Shown: positions 14,301 through 28,212 of the stretch, piece by piece
Layout: every line of letters begins with the position of its first letter
Position numbering within the stretch: the first letter of the stretch is position 1
Origin: Fimbriosthenelais zetlandica
Taxonomy: Eukaryota
Length of the DNA: 64,000 nt
Direction: 5' to 3'
NCBI GenBank assembly: GCA_977030845.1
Contig: OZ365110.1
Location: 49,042,001-49,106,000 of the forward strand
Program-made: the position numbers and the translations under genes
The notes under the pieces: generated by a model
Told to the model about the DNA's origin: nothing
Database searches by the model: none
What the model saw: the letters and a program-made list of their open reading frames with translations, nothing else

Positions 14301-17300
14301 ACATGCTTGCAAAGCACAAACAAATGGGCTCTGAGCTCCAATGAATTTTCCAAGGAGAAGAGTCAGCGAGAGGCAGAGAAGGGCAAATGGGGAAGCAGGT
14401 GTTAGGGGTCAGGTCCCGTTATAGAATCAGACCTGCCCAGCCCATATCTCAGCTCGACCAGTTTTCCCGCACCTGTCGGAAAGTCTTCCGGGATGGAAAG
14501 AAGTTCCCGAGAAGCTTCCAAAGCGACAGGATTTCCTGGCTGAAACTAACGCTTATGACACGACTTGGGCTGAAGTGAGGGCGCGTTCAGTGAAAGCCCT
14601 GCTATACAATTTGCCCATTTCCGATTCCGCTATTTACAGCAGGTGCAGACTTGATGACAGACATGGGAGGAGAGATTGGTTTGTCTAGAGAGATGGGTGT
14701 TAGGAAAGGAGGTCATGGGCGTTTACAGATATAAAGCAATTCAAACTAGTTTAGACAGAATTCTGCCATACCAAATTCAACCAAATTGATATGGAAAATA
14801 TTTCAATCTAAATATTTTACAAGCAGTGCTTTAAAACCAGCTGAGCTTGCATATTGCACTAAGAGGGTTTAATCTCATTCTACAAGTTATGTCTGAGTGC
14901 TTCAGATATTATGAACCGCTCCGAGGGAGACGTGACTGAAAGCCGTCAACAATATCATATTTTCCCAGTAATAATAAAACTTTAGAACAGCACATTTCAA
15001 TAATTCAGCTCCTAAATCACTCGGGAATCAATGGAATAGTTTTTCTTCTCAATTTGCATGCCATTCATCTGTCACCAGGCTCATTATGATGCTGCTGAGA
15101 CGGAAATGTCCTTTGTTGGCAGTTTTTTGATCATTATAAACAGGTGAATTGGAAACAGCAGTTGCCTAGACTAATTCCTCCCGCATATATACATACTGAC
15201 ATAGACTACAGAGAAAAGGCTGTCCACAAAAAAGCCTGGGTACTTGGCACAGCATCACTCAGTACTTGGATGAGGCTTGGCCACCAGGTAGTCATTGACA
15301 CAGGCACCTTCAACACTGTTACATATGATCACAACTTATCCAATGCTTTGACCACAATGTCTAAATTATTAAGTGGCCATGTTGCAACCTCTTCCATCAT
15401 TCTTGGTGGATTTTAAAAAGATTGACTTATATTCGACATGTCTCTATTCCCATCACCCATCCTATATAAGGTTTTTATTCCACCATGGACGTCCCTGAAT
15501 TTACAGCACTGCTTTAGGCTTGCATTCTATACTGATTCATGTCAGCCAATCAGGAGGGATGTTTACGTTGCCTGACAACAATGTTGGACACCAGGCTTTG
15601 GTGACCTTGGCTAATCAATCAGCAAGTGACCATCCCTGCGCTTCAGCTCAGATGACCGCGGTCTCAAGTCACAGATAGTTGCAACTGCCGTCAGCGAGCC
15701 CACTAACACAACCACAAGCTCAACACTGGATCGCAAACAGAGCCAACTTCATCAACCCAACCTTCGTCCTTTTATTCTTTTTTTTTGGCCATTTGACATT
15801 GGAAAAAGATCCCTGTGGACATCCATGCTACTGTGCTCAGATGGCAATCAGAAAAGCTGGCAGTTTGAGAGGAGCATATTGGCTGGCCGTCTACGGCCCT
15901 GACATCATAGGCCGAGTGCTAAGAGTACATTCAGGCTGGTTGGATAGGCAAACATTTAATCAGTCTAAGGCAGAGGCAGCCTTGGTAAAAAATAGCTAGT
16001 GAAGCAGATGCTATATGGTGTATGCAAACAGTGGACTCTGTGCTGAATTACATATTTGACAGTCAGAATGACAGGTGAAGGGCAATGCAATGATATTCCT
16101 ATCGAAATAAAACCAACATATGGCACCAAGAATTCATGGGATGGCCAAAGGCAATTCTCTAGTTAGCCATGAAAAATTCAGGAGACAACCCAGTCTCTAT
16201 TCCTTTAGAACAGTACTTAGTATGATAGTGTATTCTTAAAAGCAAGCTAGATATACCTTTCAAATTAAGTACTAGAAAAATCATAGAAACTAACATAAAT
16301 TATTTTCTTTCAATTTTCAATATAAGGCTGTAATTACTTCAAGGTTGTTATGATTGCCTAGGAATCAGAAATAATGACCACCAAATATATCTATATATTT
16401 CGGTACCATCAATTAATCGCATTAACCCATCTCATTCATCACATCATTTATATCTGTTACAATGTATTTGTTACGAGGACTGAATACTATCACTATTCTT
16501 CTACAGTTTCTCTAATCTTTAAAATCTATATTTTTTTCTTATAGCTATAGCGACTATCAAGTATCATAGCTTACTGACCAAGTATTGCTTACCGGCATTT
16601 TTATCAACCTACTCGTATTTATCTATTATCTACCTATTCAGTATTTATCAATTTTTTTTAAAAATCAAAAAATGTTTTACACTTTCTGCGTTGTTCTGCT
16701 TTAAGTGTATATGACCAACCCACTGTCTAAGGTTAAAAACTGGTACTGCGGCTTAATTCCTCAGCCTCCAGGGGACGTAATGTGAAGGATATGATCAAGG
16801 TTTCCGGAGATCATGTCATTATCTCAATGCAGATCTTTCCTGCTGGAGATGCTGAGCTGGCGTCCAAAGGAAACACCTGTCAAATCATCTGACCAATGGG
16901 CTTTCTTCCCCTTTGGGCCTGGTCCTATATAAGGAATGTCCCTAATTTTGCCATGTTATCTTCGCCAGATGACAGGGTATGGTTTGGAAGAGCTGACCCC
17001 TCCAGGGTTGATATTGACCTTACATCTGAGTGGAGGACACCTCCTCACCATGAAAACAGCAGTGATCGATGTGTCATAGATCATCCACCAGCCGCTGACC
17101 ACCGGTCAGTCCCGGACTCATTGGGATTCTCAGGGTGAAATCATGCTGGCTTTTGCAGTGGTTCACTTCCATTGACTGGAGTGCTCGATTGAGAGGAAAG
17201 CCAAGCTACATTGAATTCCCATTAAAAAGCTGGGCTAGAAGACCAGTGAGAGGGAGAAAAACCAACATACATAAATCCCCGAGATTCCTGAACCAACAGG

Positions 17301-18186
17301 AGAGAAAGTGGAGATACAAGACCACTCCTCTGGTCACAATGGAACTGTAGACTGGCAACCCTCTCTATAGCTCACTGCAATAAAGGGTAAAAAAATAAAA
17401 AATAAAACAAGTATTGGCCAAGGTCCCAGCTTCCTATTATACCCATCTCCAATGAGTGACACTATAAAATGGTTAATGTACATCCAAAAAAATAAACCAT
17501 CAACCGAGAGTATCCTGTTAGCTTAAGCTGCAGCCCTTTCAAAAAAATCGGAATCGATTTTCCCATTAAATTGAATAAAGTGGTTCACTAATGGGACTAA
17601 GGGAGGAAAAAATTGCGGCGAGGCTGGAATCCCGGCTAGGAAAGGTTCAAAATAGGAATGTGTCCCTGAGGGAAAGAAGAAGGTTGTGATGTGGTGTGAA
17701 GTGCAATTGGTGGATGGAGCTTGTAGAGTGGCCAATGGCCCCGGCTTTGGAGCAGCTCAGTGGAAGCAGAAACAACATCGGTGAGAGCGGTTCGTCTGTC
17801 TGAACACAAGACACCAATGATAGATTGGGTCGGCCGGGCAACACCAGCCCCTCCAGAACTGGGAGAGAGATATCTCCACGTTAAAACTATGGTCCAGGTT
17901 TATCACAGATTTCCTCATACTCAGCACAGTGAAAATATCGCAATGCCTAGAGATTGACTCAAGCAATTATGAAAGCAGGCCAGGCGCTGATGGCTTCTTA
18001 ATTGGATTTCCCCATGCTTTAATAATAGGAAGCCTATTCATAGCAGAGACACTTAACACAATGTGGAAGACACTCACAAATAGAGGTCAGGCCGGGTTAC
18101 CACTAGACACAGCTATACATACTCTACTACCTCCATGTAGATAAGTATATTTACCTGCGGTTTAATGAACATGCAGCATGAACCCC

Positions 18187-18216
18187 TGGTGGTGGTGGTG
18201 GTGGTGGTGGTGGTGG
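18187..18216 (+). repeat. (TGG)10 microsatellite
   Basis: Read directly. Confidence 0.95.
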
Positions 18217-18399
18217 GTGGGGTGAGGTAAGTGGGTGGTGGATCCGGTGGTGGTACGTTGGTTATTATAGCCTCCAGGTGAATTTTGAGATCCAGTGCTA
18301 TACATGCACTCAATGGGTTCTCTCCAGGGGTATACACCTAGCCATTACTCTGACAGCCCACTCAACCCCATCCTACATACATCTATACATACAGTCTCC

Positions 18400-18401
<2 letters not shown>

Positions 18402-18440
<39 letters not shown>
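18402..18440 (+). repeat. (CT)19 microsatellite
   Basis: Read directly. Confidence 0.95.
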
Positions 18441-18442
<2 letters not shown>

Positions 18443-18689
18443 CAGGCACAACAATATAACAGCTTAATGTCTTCCTGAGTAAGTCAACTGATGTATGATG
18501 ATGATGCCCCAGCACCTCAGAGTACAGATATAAGGCGTGGGGTGGAGGGGAAGATGCTATACTTTGCCTCCTCCTACTCTAGAGGGACGTCCGGATAGAG
18601 AGCTTCACACTGCCTTAGTGGAGGAAAGACAAGGGAGGCTGGTATGTGGCTGCCCCTACAGAAGCATGCCTCCAGCACTGGTGCCACCA

Positions 18690-19060
18690 AGCGCTCCCTC
18701 TGTTACACCCTAATGAAAACCTGGCTGGGCTAGGGGAGGTAGTAGTTGGAGAGGGTGGTGGTGGTGGCGGTGGTGGTGGATGCGGCAGTGGTGGTGGTGG
18801 CGGTGTCCGGAAGAAGAGTGGATGATGGTTGAGCGACAGATGACGCTGCTGTTTAGGAAGGGGAGGAGATAGTGGGGATATGGAAAGAATGACAGGGATG
18901 GGGGGGAAGCTGGAGGATGGGTTATAAATAGAACTGGGGGAGGGGGAGAAGGTGGGGGAAGGGAAGGGAAGATGAAGGAGAGGAAGAGAAAGAAGGGACA
19001 AGGACTGATTGGTAAGGAGAAGATGACCGCGGGAAGGGAAGTGACAAGGGCTGAAGAGAA
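18690..19060 (+). repeat. Degenerate GGT/GA-rich low-complexity tract with G4 motif (18936-18968)
   Basis: Imperfect (GGT)n at ~18755-18803 followed by a purine-rich tract containing G5-A-G5...G5-AA-GGG-AA-GGG. Confidence 0.8.
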
Positions 19061-19340
19061 CGAGGAATGTCAGACCTCATGGATGTACAGAGAAGCATTG
19101 TGGAATCAGTTGCTGACCAAACATCCAGCAACTAACGGTTATTTTCCGATACTCCAATTCTCTGAATATCCATTAACTTTATTTATTTAGCAAATCTGGT
19201 GCTGAATAAGAAACTATTCAATGGCCATTAAAAATATCCTTAAACAGCCTTGAATTATGCATTGACACCATTTCAATTTGGACAAGACCATTAGCTCTGC
19301 TTTTCAAGGAAGTACAATGCCAACTACATTGGTCAATTTT

Positions 19341-19476
19341 CATATACTACTTTCCAAACTCCCAGCAATGGATGGGCATTTCCATATACTACTTTCCAAA
19401 CTCCCAGCAATGGATGGGCATTTCCATATACTACTTTCCCAAATGCCAGCAATCGATGGGCATTTTCCTATACTAC
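19341..19476 (+). repeat. 42-bp minisatellite, ~3.2 copies
   Basis: Unit catatactactttccaaactcccagcaatggatgggcatttc at 19341, 19383 and 19425 (third copy diverged), plus a partial copy. It appears as an HILLSKLPAMDGHF repeat in ORF 19278-19550. Confidence 0.92.
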
Positions 19477-22400
19477 TGACTCTATTTCGAGGGGTTGATC
19501 AAACTGAAGATATCCAAAGTAAAAAAAGGTATTGGAATGTCATAAGGTAGAAGTGCGCTGATAAAGATCGCTAGGGGTATTGAGCGCTCTGAAACGCAGC
19601 ATTGAAACAGCGCATAGAGGAAAATGAATGCATTCTTGGCAGGTTCTTGTAGCGGAAGACTATTGACTGGCAATGTTAGCTCATCCACCATTCCATAGAT
19701 CCAGTTATAATCTGAGACGGGTCACGTGACCTCTGCCCAGTGAGGTCTTTCATATGTTACCAGTTTTGTCACGTTCACTCTAGCACCGAGCATTGATCGT
19801 TACTACCAAGAATCATCTGAAGGAAGTGGAGACTTTCTTTGTCGGCCTGAACCTGAGAACCTACAAGTTGGGATGTATAATGGAGGAAGGGACTGGATAT
19901 CGGGGCTCAGCATGTACATTGTAGTAGCACACTTTTTCTGGACAGAAGCATTTGTATTTATAAGCCACACATTGGTGCAAAAAAAGGAAAGAAACCTGGA
20001 AAAAGCCAGGTTCCCAGGACTGAATTTTCTTTCCTTTTGTTTTGTCAGCACAAAATCTTCCACAGTGGCGAAAAAACGCATTACTTCTATCAATTACGAG
20101 ACGCTATCTATGTGGCATCCTTCCAACTACTGGTAAGGAAAAATAGGACAGAAGGACAGAGCAGATAAGGTCCAACAAATCACAAAAGACATTTGGTGGC
20201 TGATAGATAAAAACTTCTATCTGATCGTCAGCTGAGAGCGTCTTGCATTTGGCCGATTTAGAGACTGATTCCATCAGATCCTCTCCCAAGATATTGTAAT
20301 TCAATCTACTATCGACAACGTAAACATGTTCGTGCTTGGAGAGATCAGTTGACGCATCGCAATTGTATGTATTCCTCCCTTTTAAACTCCTCCGCCAAGA
20401 GCCACCTCTTCAAATTGTCCCTACAACCTTGCACATACAAATGATTTTTGTCCTTCCCTCGACCTTTGCCCAAACACCATATTGAACCGTCCATCGCCGC
20501 AGCAGCTTTCCCCATCGTCGCTCCCCTCGCTCTGCAGCCACATATATCTGTACCTCTAACTTCCTTATCGTCTCAAGACAATATCAGTGTCCTCATTTAC
20601 CCAGAGAACATATCTACCCTTCCTCTTCTGTATTCTCCCTTCATTACCTCCCTCCTTATCTTCCCCTTCCTTCGACTGATATCCCTATACTTCAATCTGT
20701 CGTCCCAGATTATTCCCCCCTATTCCTATTCTTCCCTGATCTGAGATGTTCGTTCCCAGTCCTCCTCCCCCCATCCTCCCGCCCTCGCTCATCCTCCAGC
20801 TATTTTCATCCATATAACAGAATTGATGGCTCTCCTTTTTTGTTTCTTATCTCATTTCCTTCTCTGCCCTCTTGCCATTTGGAGTGGTGACTGGAAATAT
20901 TTGTCTTCCTCCAGCTTCATTCCTGCCGGGAGCTGACCCACGTCACACGTCGGGTGGGAATTAACATGCAACATTGCTCGGCACACCTTTGAAGGGGCAT
21001 TAAATATTCCCAGCCCTGACTCTTTGGGTGGAGGCCCCTTCTGCCCTCTCTCTCAAATCAAAAGGCCAGGTCCCAGGTTGCTTCTTTTCCTTTCTTAGAG
21101 GATATAGACATTGCAAGACAAAAATAACATTGAATGGAAAACGTCCTTGTAGTGAGAAAGTTGTGAGCAGTGTGAGGGCCATAAAAAGTGACCATTACAG
21201 TTTGACTTTTATTTATATCTGTATAGGACTGTCATCGTGGTGAAGTAGAGGGAATGGGTAAATTGTTCCTGGTGCAGTCATGAGACAAAGCACAGTAGGA
21301 ACCAGTTGGGTCAATGTACAATAGACTATAAAATGGAGGTGTCTATTTCTCGTACGAAAATGGGCAGAAAATATGGAATGCTATATGGATGAACCAAGCT
21401 TACATTCTATGGACGAACCAAGCTCTATGTAAAAATATGTCCACAAGGAAGCATCGCCTCTCTATTATGATAAAGCAAACCTGAGACAAGGGAATTCTTA
21501 CCATGTTACTCGGGATGAGTTCAATGACCTACATGTTTCATTTTTTTCTTAAATATACACGTATATATTTTTCATTTCAACTCTGTCTAACGGACCCGGG
21601 TTTACACGAAGGAAAACAATTAGAGACGAAACAAACAAATGATGGGAGGAAATGTGTCATGCAAACAAACCATCAGGGCGAGGAAGGAACAGGCATCCCC
21701 GCTGCTAATTTGCTTACATTCACACAAGATGATTATGCTCCAGGAATTCACCCTCCATCCCAAGCTATTCATGCATGATTGTGGGATGAAAGAGGAAAAG
21801 TGGAAGGAGAGGAAGGAAGAGTCGGAACATGGCCTGAATAGAAGTATATAGGCCTATAGTGTTTGGAGGGAATTGAAGGGAAGGATTGAGGGAGAGATGC
21901 GAGCTATAAGGGATGGAGAATTATGGAGGAAGGGAAACTGGATGAAATGGTAAGCTTGAGGAAAGGGGACTATGAGATAGACAAACAGGAACTCCCACGT
22001 CCTGAGTAATTGTCAATGTCAGCCATAATACAGAATAGCAGGAAGATGGAAAATAGTACGACAAAAAAAATGAAAATAAAAACAGGACAGATCGTGGGTG
22101 GGAGAAATTGAGATTGTTTTGAAAGTAGGAAGTCAATATGAAGCAGGAAGGTAATGAGAGAAGCTGGGGGTGAGCGAGTGGAGAATAGAGAGGGTAAATG
22201 TAAACTTCATGTGATCACTCCCCCGCCGTGTTTAGTCCCAATCGATGCCTATTTTGAGGCAATGTAAAGCCCGAGTCTAGCATGGCAATCCGGACTGGTG
22301 GAATTGCTGTTGTTAAGTGACAAATGTCCCTGGTTACTTGTTATTACCGCCCTAAATAGCCTAGTTATTCCCGCCAACAACAATGCCAGGTCCCTGGGGA

Positions 22401-25400
22401 GATTTTCACAAATACTGCGACATGGCTGAGTAGCCTGCGACATTCCATTCATCAATACCAACGTCAGGCTAACAAAAATACCAGACCCTCAGTCCAGGAG
22501 AATTATCAGGATGCTCCCTATCCCATTTCCATCATTTTACTTTCTTTTATTGTTTCTTTATGACTACTTCTCCTCCGGAGGTATCACATGGATCTTCTAG
22601 CATGATACGACCCTTTCAAGCGTTTATTCAGGCCCGATTTCAATTAAGATTAAAATTACTAAATACAAGGAGACTGAATTGAAAGAAGGAGGAAAACGGA
22701 GCTGAAATAAGGTTTGGAGAAGCAGATTTAGCTCTTGTTTCCACTTTTATGTCTCCATGAATGGGGGAATCCCATCTCCACTTCTCTTAATTCGGCCAAT
22801 AAAAACAAGATAAAAGTCCCCACACCACAAACGTGCTGCCTCCTCTGCAAAGCAACCCAAACCGTAGCCGCCCTTCATCCATTCTCTCAGCTTAATTTTC
22901 CTTTATTGCTGCAGCCATCGCTCATTCCCATAAGTTGTGCTCACCTTTTTTTCCGGGAGGGGGCAGAAATCCAAGTGGATCAGAGTCGGCTTTCACTTAG
23001 GAATTTAGTTATCTGGGTGTGAATCGGTAAGGTCAGTGGTGGTTAACAGTGGTAGATGTGAGGTGGAGGGGAGCGGTAAAGCTGCTATTATTGCTTATCT
23101 TATCATCTCTACCATCACTACCGTCACCGACTGGACATCTATCATCAGCTCCTACTGCTCAGAGCTGCTCACCCACCATCCCTCCTCCTCCTCCCTCGCT
23201 CTCCACTCACCTCCTCTCTCTATGCACTGCCATGCAGCTCCTCACCAAGCCCCAACCCTCCCCTCCCATAGACTTGTCACAGCCCCCTCACCATCAATAT
23301 TTCCCATCTTTCGCTACAGTTATAGAAAATACGTCCACTGGTTCAATAGCAATACATTAGTAATATTATCCGTTGTCAGTGGTATTAACTGATTCGGAAA
23401 TATTTGTACAACTTGGAAAATAAAACATGACACAAAGGACTCCGTGTGGCATTGAGTCATTTCAGAGGGGAGTTGGAGATAATTACAAGCCTCTAACTAA
23501 ATGAGGGTCCTCAAACCAAAGGTTTCATCAGAGTACGTGACAATTTAGATAATCGAATAGAGAGCCGATTGGTAGCAAACCCTGACTTAATTAGAAAGTA
23601 AGGACTATTATAATAGGATAGCAACACTAATTACTCACGTTCACTATCATCAATTCTTCCTCACTCATTCCCCATGCCCAGTTCTTCTCACCCTGTGCTT
23701 TGCTTTTTATTTCATTTTACTTCAATCAAACTCTTTATTTTCATCCTTTTGTCTCTTCAGCCAGACTCGGAGGATTAGCTTCTTCCTTTCGACCTTGTTT
23801 ACTTTATATTGCCATTCAGTTTTATTTCCTTCGGGTAATCCTCCCGGCGGAGAATTCCTCGCAGTATCTTTTCACTTGGAGTCTCCCGGCCCAGGTAAAT
23901 CTTTCCCCTTTCCCTCTCTCCCTCTGTTATTCATTCCACTTGGTGGGCTTTTTGGCACTCCTCCTTATTGAATTGCCAACAAACCTGTCATCCTTCCCAG
24001 TAAACTTTTTGCACCTAACAATATTCAATAGCAAAAAAAACCTTTTCCTTTCCACCCCATGTCACTTGCCAGCCAGACATTGAACCCAAACATAAATACC
24101 ATCTATGAACTCTGGTATTAGAAAAAAATCGATAAAAATATATAAAGGAACATATAAGGGGATGGAGCAAGACGAGCATGGGGCTCTGGGCTGAGGAACG
24201 TTATCAGAGAAACAGATAAAAGCCGGGCAGCATACTCTCTATCTGCATGCAGCCGGCCGGGTACTGCTTGCTCTCGCTTTATCTCCCCTTTCTATAGACT
24301 GCCTCCGACCACGAACGCCTGCCCTGTTTTCCTAATGACCCCCACATATTTTACATCCCTCTTCGGCCTATCTCCCCGTTACGTACGATTGTCTTTCAGA
24401 TCAATCTGGTGAGAGCCCGAGGAAGCAATGGTGCATTTGGTTTAACTGCGGTGTCAAAGGACATGAAATGAACTATAAAAGAATAGTGAGAGGGGGGACA
24501 AAGTGAATCCCTTGATGGAAATTCTACTAGTGAAAACAGGAAATTCAATCTGAGCACCAGGGTAAATATCAGGAGATATTTTTTTTCCATTTCTTCAATT
24601 CTCCAGATTAGTTCAAATGAACATAATCCTGGGGTGTGCTTCATACTTGACCTCGATAATAAGAATCAATAAAATTCTTGAAATCACAATTCTTTTACGA
24701 AGTTCACAGAGCAAGTCTTGCTTCTCTATGATAACTAAAGAACCATCCGTCAGTCTTCAGAGATGGCATGTGGTCCAGAAAGAACTACTTATCTCAAATT
24801 ATATCCAAGCTTTCTAATCTGAAATTATCATCTCTAAACCAAATCTCAAATCGGGATCTCTCGATGTATCATGTGGTTTGCTATTCTTCCTTGGTCAGCC
24901 TCCTCAGATTCCAGTCTTCTCCTTTTCCATTCAGATTTTGTACCTCCTCCCATCCTTTGAATCCATTCCATTGTCCTTTTATGGAACCCCCAACCTCTCC
25001 TCCTCCACCACCATCCTCCTCCATCTCCCCATTCTGCCTTGATAATCTATCTCCTCTCAACTAAGCCAAACAGAGACAATGCTCTAGCAATTCCATCATG
25101 CCAATTATTTTTTCTCCGCTTCATCCCACCGCTTCGTGTAGTGGAAACAACAAGAGCAAAAAGCCACCGACATTATTCAACCATTTCAACAAATACCACT
25201 CCACCAAAGTAATTATTTCTCCCTTGATTACTGGCTGCTAGCATTTCTCATCTAAAGTCCCTATTGCGGAGCGTGGAGAAAAAGCGGCGGTATTATGCCT
25301 CACTTAAGCCTACTTTTTATGGTTCCACTGAGGCCAAGACGCCATTCGCGAAATTTATTATCTAACTACGTCAGATGGGAGTAAAAAACAATATTGTAGC

Positions 25401-28197
25401 GAATGTCTTGGTGTAAAAAGGCCTGATCGATAAAGTCATTGATTCTGGTGGGAAGGATAATGTGGGGCTCTACTTGGGGGGATACATTAGGACGGAATGT
25501 GTGTGTGTTCAAACAAATCAACTTCCATAGGCTGCCACCCATCTCTCTAATCCACCTCTCTGACAGGGAGAGGAAGAGAATGAGCGAGTGGGGACAGAAA
25601 GACAGAGGGAGGGAAGGAGAGACGGAAAGAAAAAGAGAAAGGGGGAGGAGCAAAAAAAGTGACTAAGGATAGGGTGAAGAGATAAGGCGAAAATACGACG
25701 GTTGGATTTGAGGAAAAATGGCGGGGGCCGCAAAGAGGATTTTTGAGAGAACAAATGAATGGCAGACGGTTGATGGGGACGAGCAGCGGATAGGTTACAG
25801 AGATTTGAAAGGAAGGAGCAAAGTGAAAAAGCCATTTATTGAGGCATTATAATATCTATTACCTCGCATAACACTCTTCATAAAACCCTCCTAATTTCTA
25901 GCCACAAGCTCTGTGCAGATGGCAGATTATGGCCACATTAGTCATAAAACCCTTTAAACATTCCCCTTAAAAAGCCTGTCAAGCCACATGCTTTGCTTTC
26001 CATCTAGATGAGTTGTGCGAAATTGTTTAAAAGTCTGAGGTTTTATCTTGGATACAGGTTGGGCCGCAGTCGGCCATTTGTAAATGTAATGTGGCAGCGA
26101 ATAAATTCCCTTTTTCTAATGCACTATACAAGAGTGACTGTGTAGAGTTGGCATGGTGTAAGGCACAACATGTTGCCTAACAATCTATAGCATTTATCAG
26201 GATCGACCTGATATTGATTTAGTAATCCTTTTAGCTAGGATCCGCAGCCAGCTTACAGTCCAACTTAAACCTTTTGTCTTGCAGATCACACCAATTTTCA
26301 GGTCTGTCTCCACCAGTCTCTCCACTGTAGGGAAAACGTATGGCAGTGTGCAGCAAGTGGCATTCAATGGAAATTAGCGGTAACAGGGGAGTTGGTGAGG
26401 CATGGGCGAAATGGGCGAATGTTTAAACTTGGGTGATTTGATTAGAGAAAGTTAGAGACAAATGCATGTTAGAGACATAATCCAAATGCCGGTTTGTGTC
26501 AACAATACGCCTGTTGCAATTGTGGGTCTGACAGAAGAATTTCACCGACTACTACAAAGACAATGAAAATACAAGCTAATATAGAAATGGGAAAATCAAG
26601 GCTTTGGAGGCAAAGGGCTGTAGGAAGCAGATTGCATGGTTGGAGTAAAAATCATGTTTGAAAGAAGATAAAAGAAAGTAGGGAGAAGGATCAAATAGGA
26701 GAGGTAAAGGGAAGAGCAATTGATAAGAGTTAAGGTAAGTGATGGTGCAGGAAGGGATATTATCAAAAACCGCTCCCACTGTAGTCCTTGATTACATGGG
26801 CTCACATGGATTACAAAGGAACGGAGGTCGTAGCCTTGCTGTGATAGCACCTCTAGTGGTGGATCCAGCTGGACCAGGGCCATGGAGGTGGTGTGCCCAC
26901 AGCAGGCTGTCGTTTTTTTTCCCGCGAGAATGGTTCACAAGGACTGGGTATCAGGCATTTTTTCTACAGCCTCCTCCTTCGCCTACCATCCACAATCCAA
27001 CCTTCAAAATCTAGTTAACCTAGCCTGCATCCTTTCCCATTCAATGCTACCATGCTTAGTCTTCTAGCATCAAATTTCCTTCCGCAGATGTGATCTTGAC
27101 ATTCCACAGGCATACCTCTGCATATCATCAATTTCAAACATAGCCGTAGATTATATTATGTTCTAAGAATCTCAAAGGGATGCGAGGAAGATCAATGGCG
27201 GTTCTGGAAATAACACCTAGAAGGAGAACAATCACAACAAAGGAAGGACAGGAAAGTGGGGAGAAATCCCCCCCTTTCACAGCTAGGGATCCTTGCCATA
27301 GATCCATGCTGGAGAAAAAAAAAGCACAGCCAAACACAGAACAGGCAGAAAATGTGTAAATTGATCGTAAACCAGTGGCGTTGCTATCACACACTTCTGG
27401 TGCGATCTATCCTTCAGATCCGGGGCACTTCTGGCCTACTTTTCCAGCTGCCAACAGCTTTGTCGCTGGTTTGTGGAGATCAATCTGTTGCGAGACAAGA
27501 ACTGCAGCAAGCCCATCCTATGTGCGGCGTTATCTGTGAGTCTGTGTTTAGGCTAAAGGTGGCGCAGATCAATGCACCCCTTCAATGACCTTCTGTCAAT
27601 CGGGGCCCAGCAAGCGGCTTGTTTCCATCGTCGATCTGAGGAGACGAGCTACTTTGAAGCTGACGTGGGGACTGGAGGAGTCCCCCTGGCAGCAGTCCCC
27701 TTGCTTTCCAGCCCACTGGTCTCAGCAGGGGGTGAGGGGCTGGACAGACACCGCACTATTTCATCATGCTGCACCGACATTTTTAGCCACATAGTAGTCC
27801 CTTCAGGGGAGCTGCCCACAGAGATCAGGCATTGATCTCCTCATGTCCAAAGCAAAACAAGCCTAGCGCTTTAAGACTGCTCTGATCCTTATCAGAATGT
27901 CTTGGCTATTACCAACTTTAGACCCTCATCTCCACCCATCGCTTCCTCCTACTCCCTCCTCCAGGCCCATATTAGGCCTTTGGTCTTTATCTGGCCTGCT
28001 CTTGCTCTTGCCCAGTACATGCATTGCTCCTAACATCATACCTGATTCACAATGATTTATAGCTCTGGCTTCTTCCTCTCCTAAGATTGGCTCTATGTCT
28101 CTGGGAGCTCACATCACTTCCTAATCATTGGGTATTGACTCGCTCCTTCCAACAGTGTGTGCGCCCCTCCTTCCACCATCCCCCCCTCTCCCACCTA

Positions 28198-28212
28198 CCC
28201 TCCCTCCCTCCC
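28198..28212 (-). other. (GGGA)3GGG G-quadruplex motif on the TIAR sense strand
   Basis: Plus strand ccctccctccctccc within a C-rich tract at 28162-28215. Confidence 0.6.

Noticed and set aside
27572-27835. GTGGVPLAAVPLLSSPL as an RT GVPQG region
   Set aside because: The key QG is missing and the FND motif lies on the wrong side.
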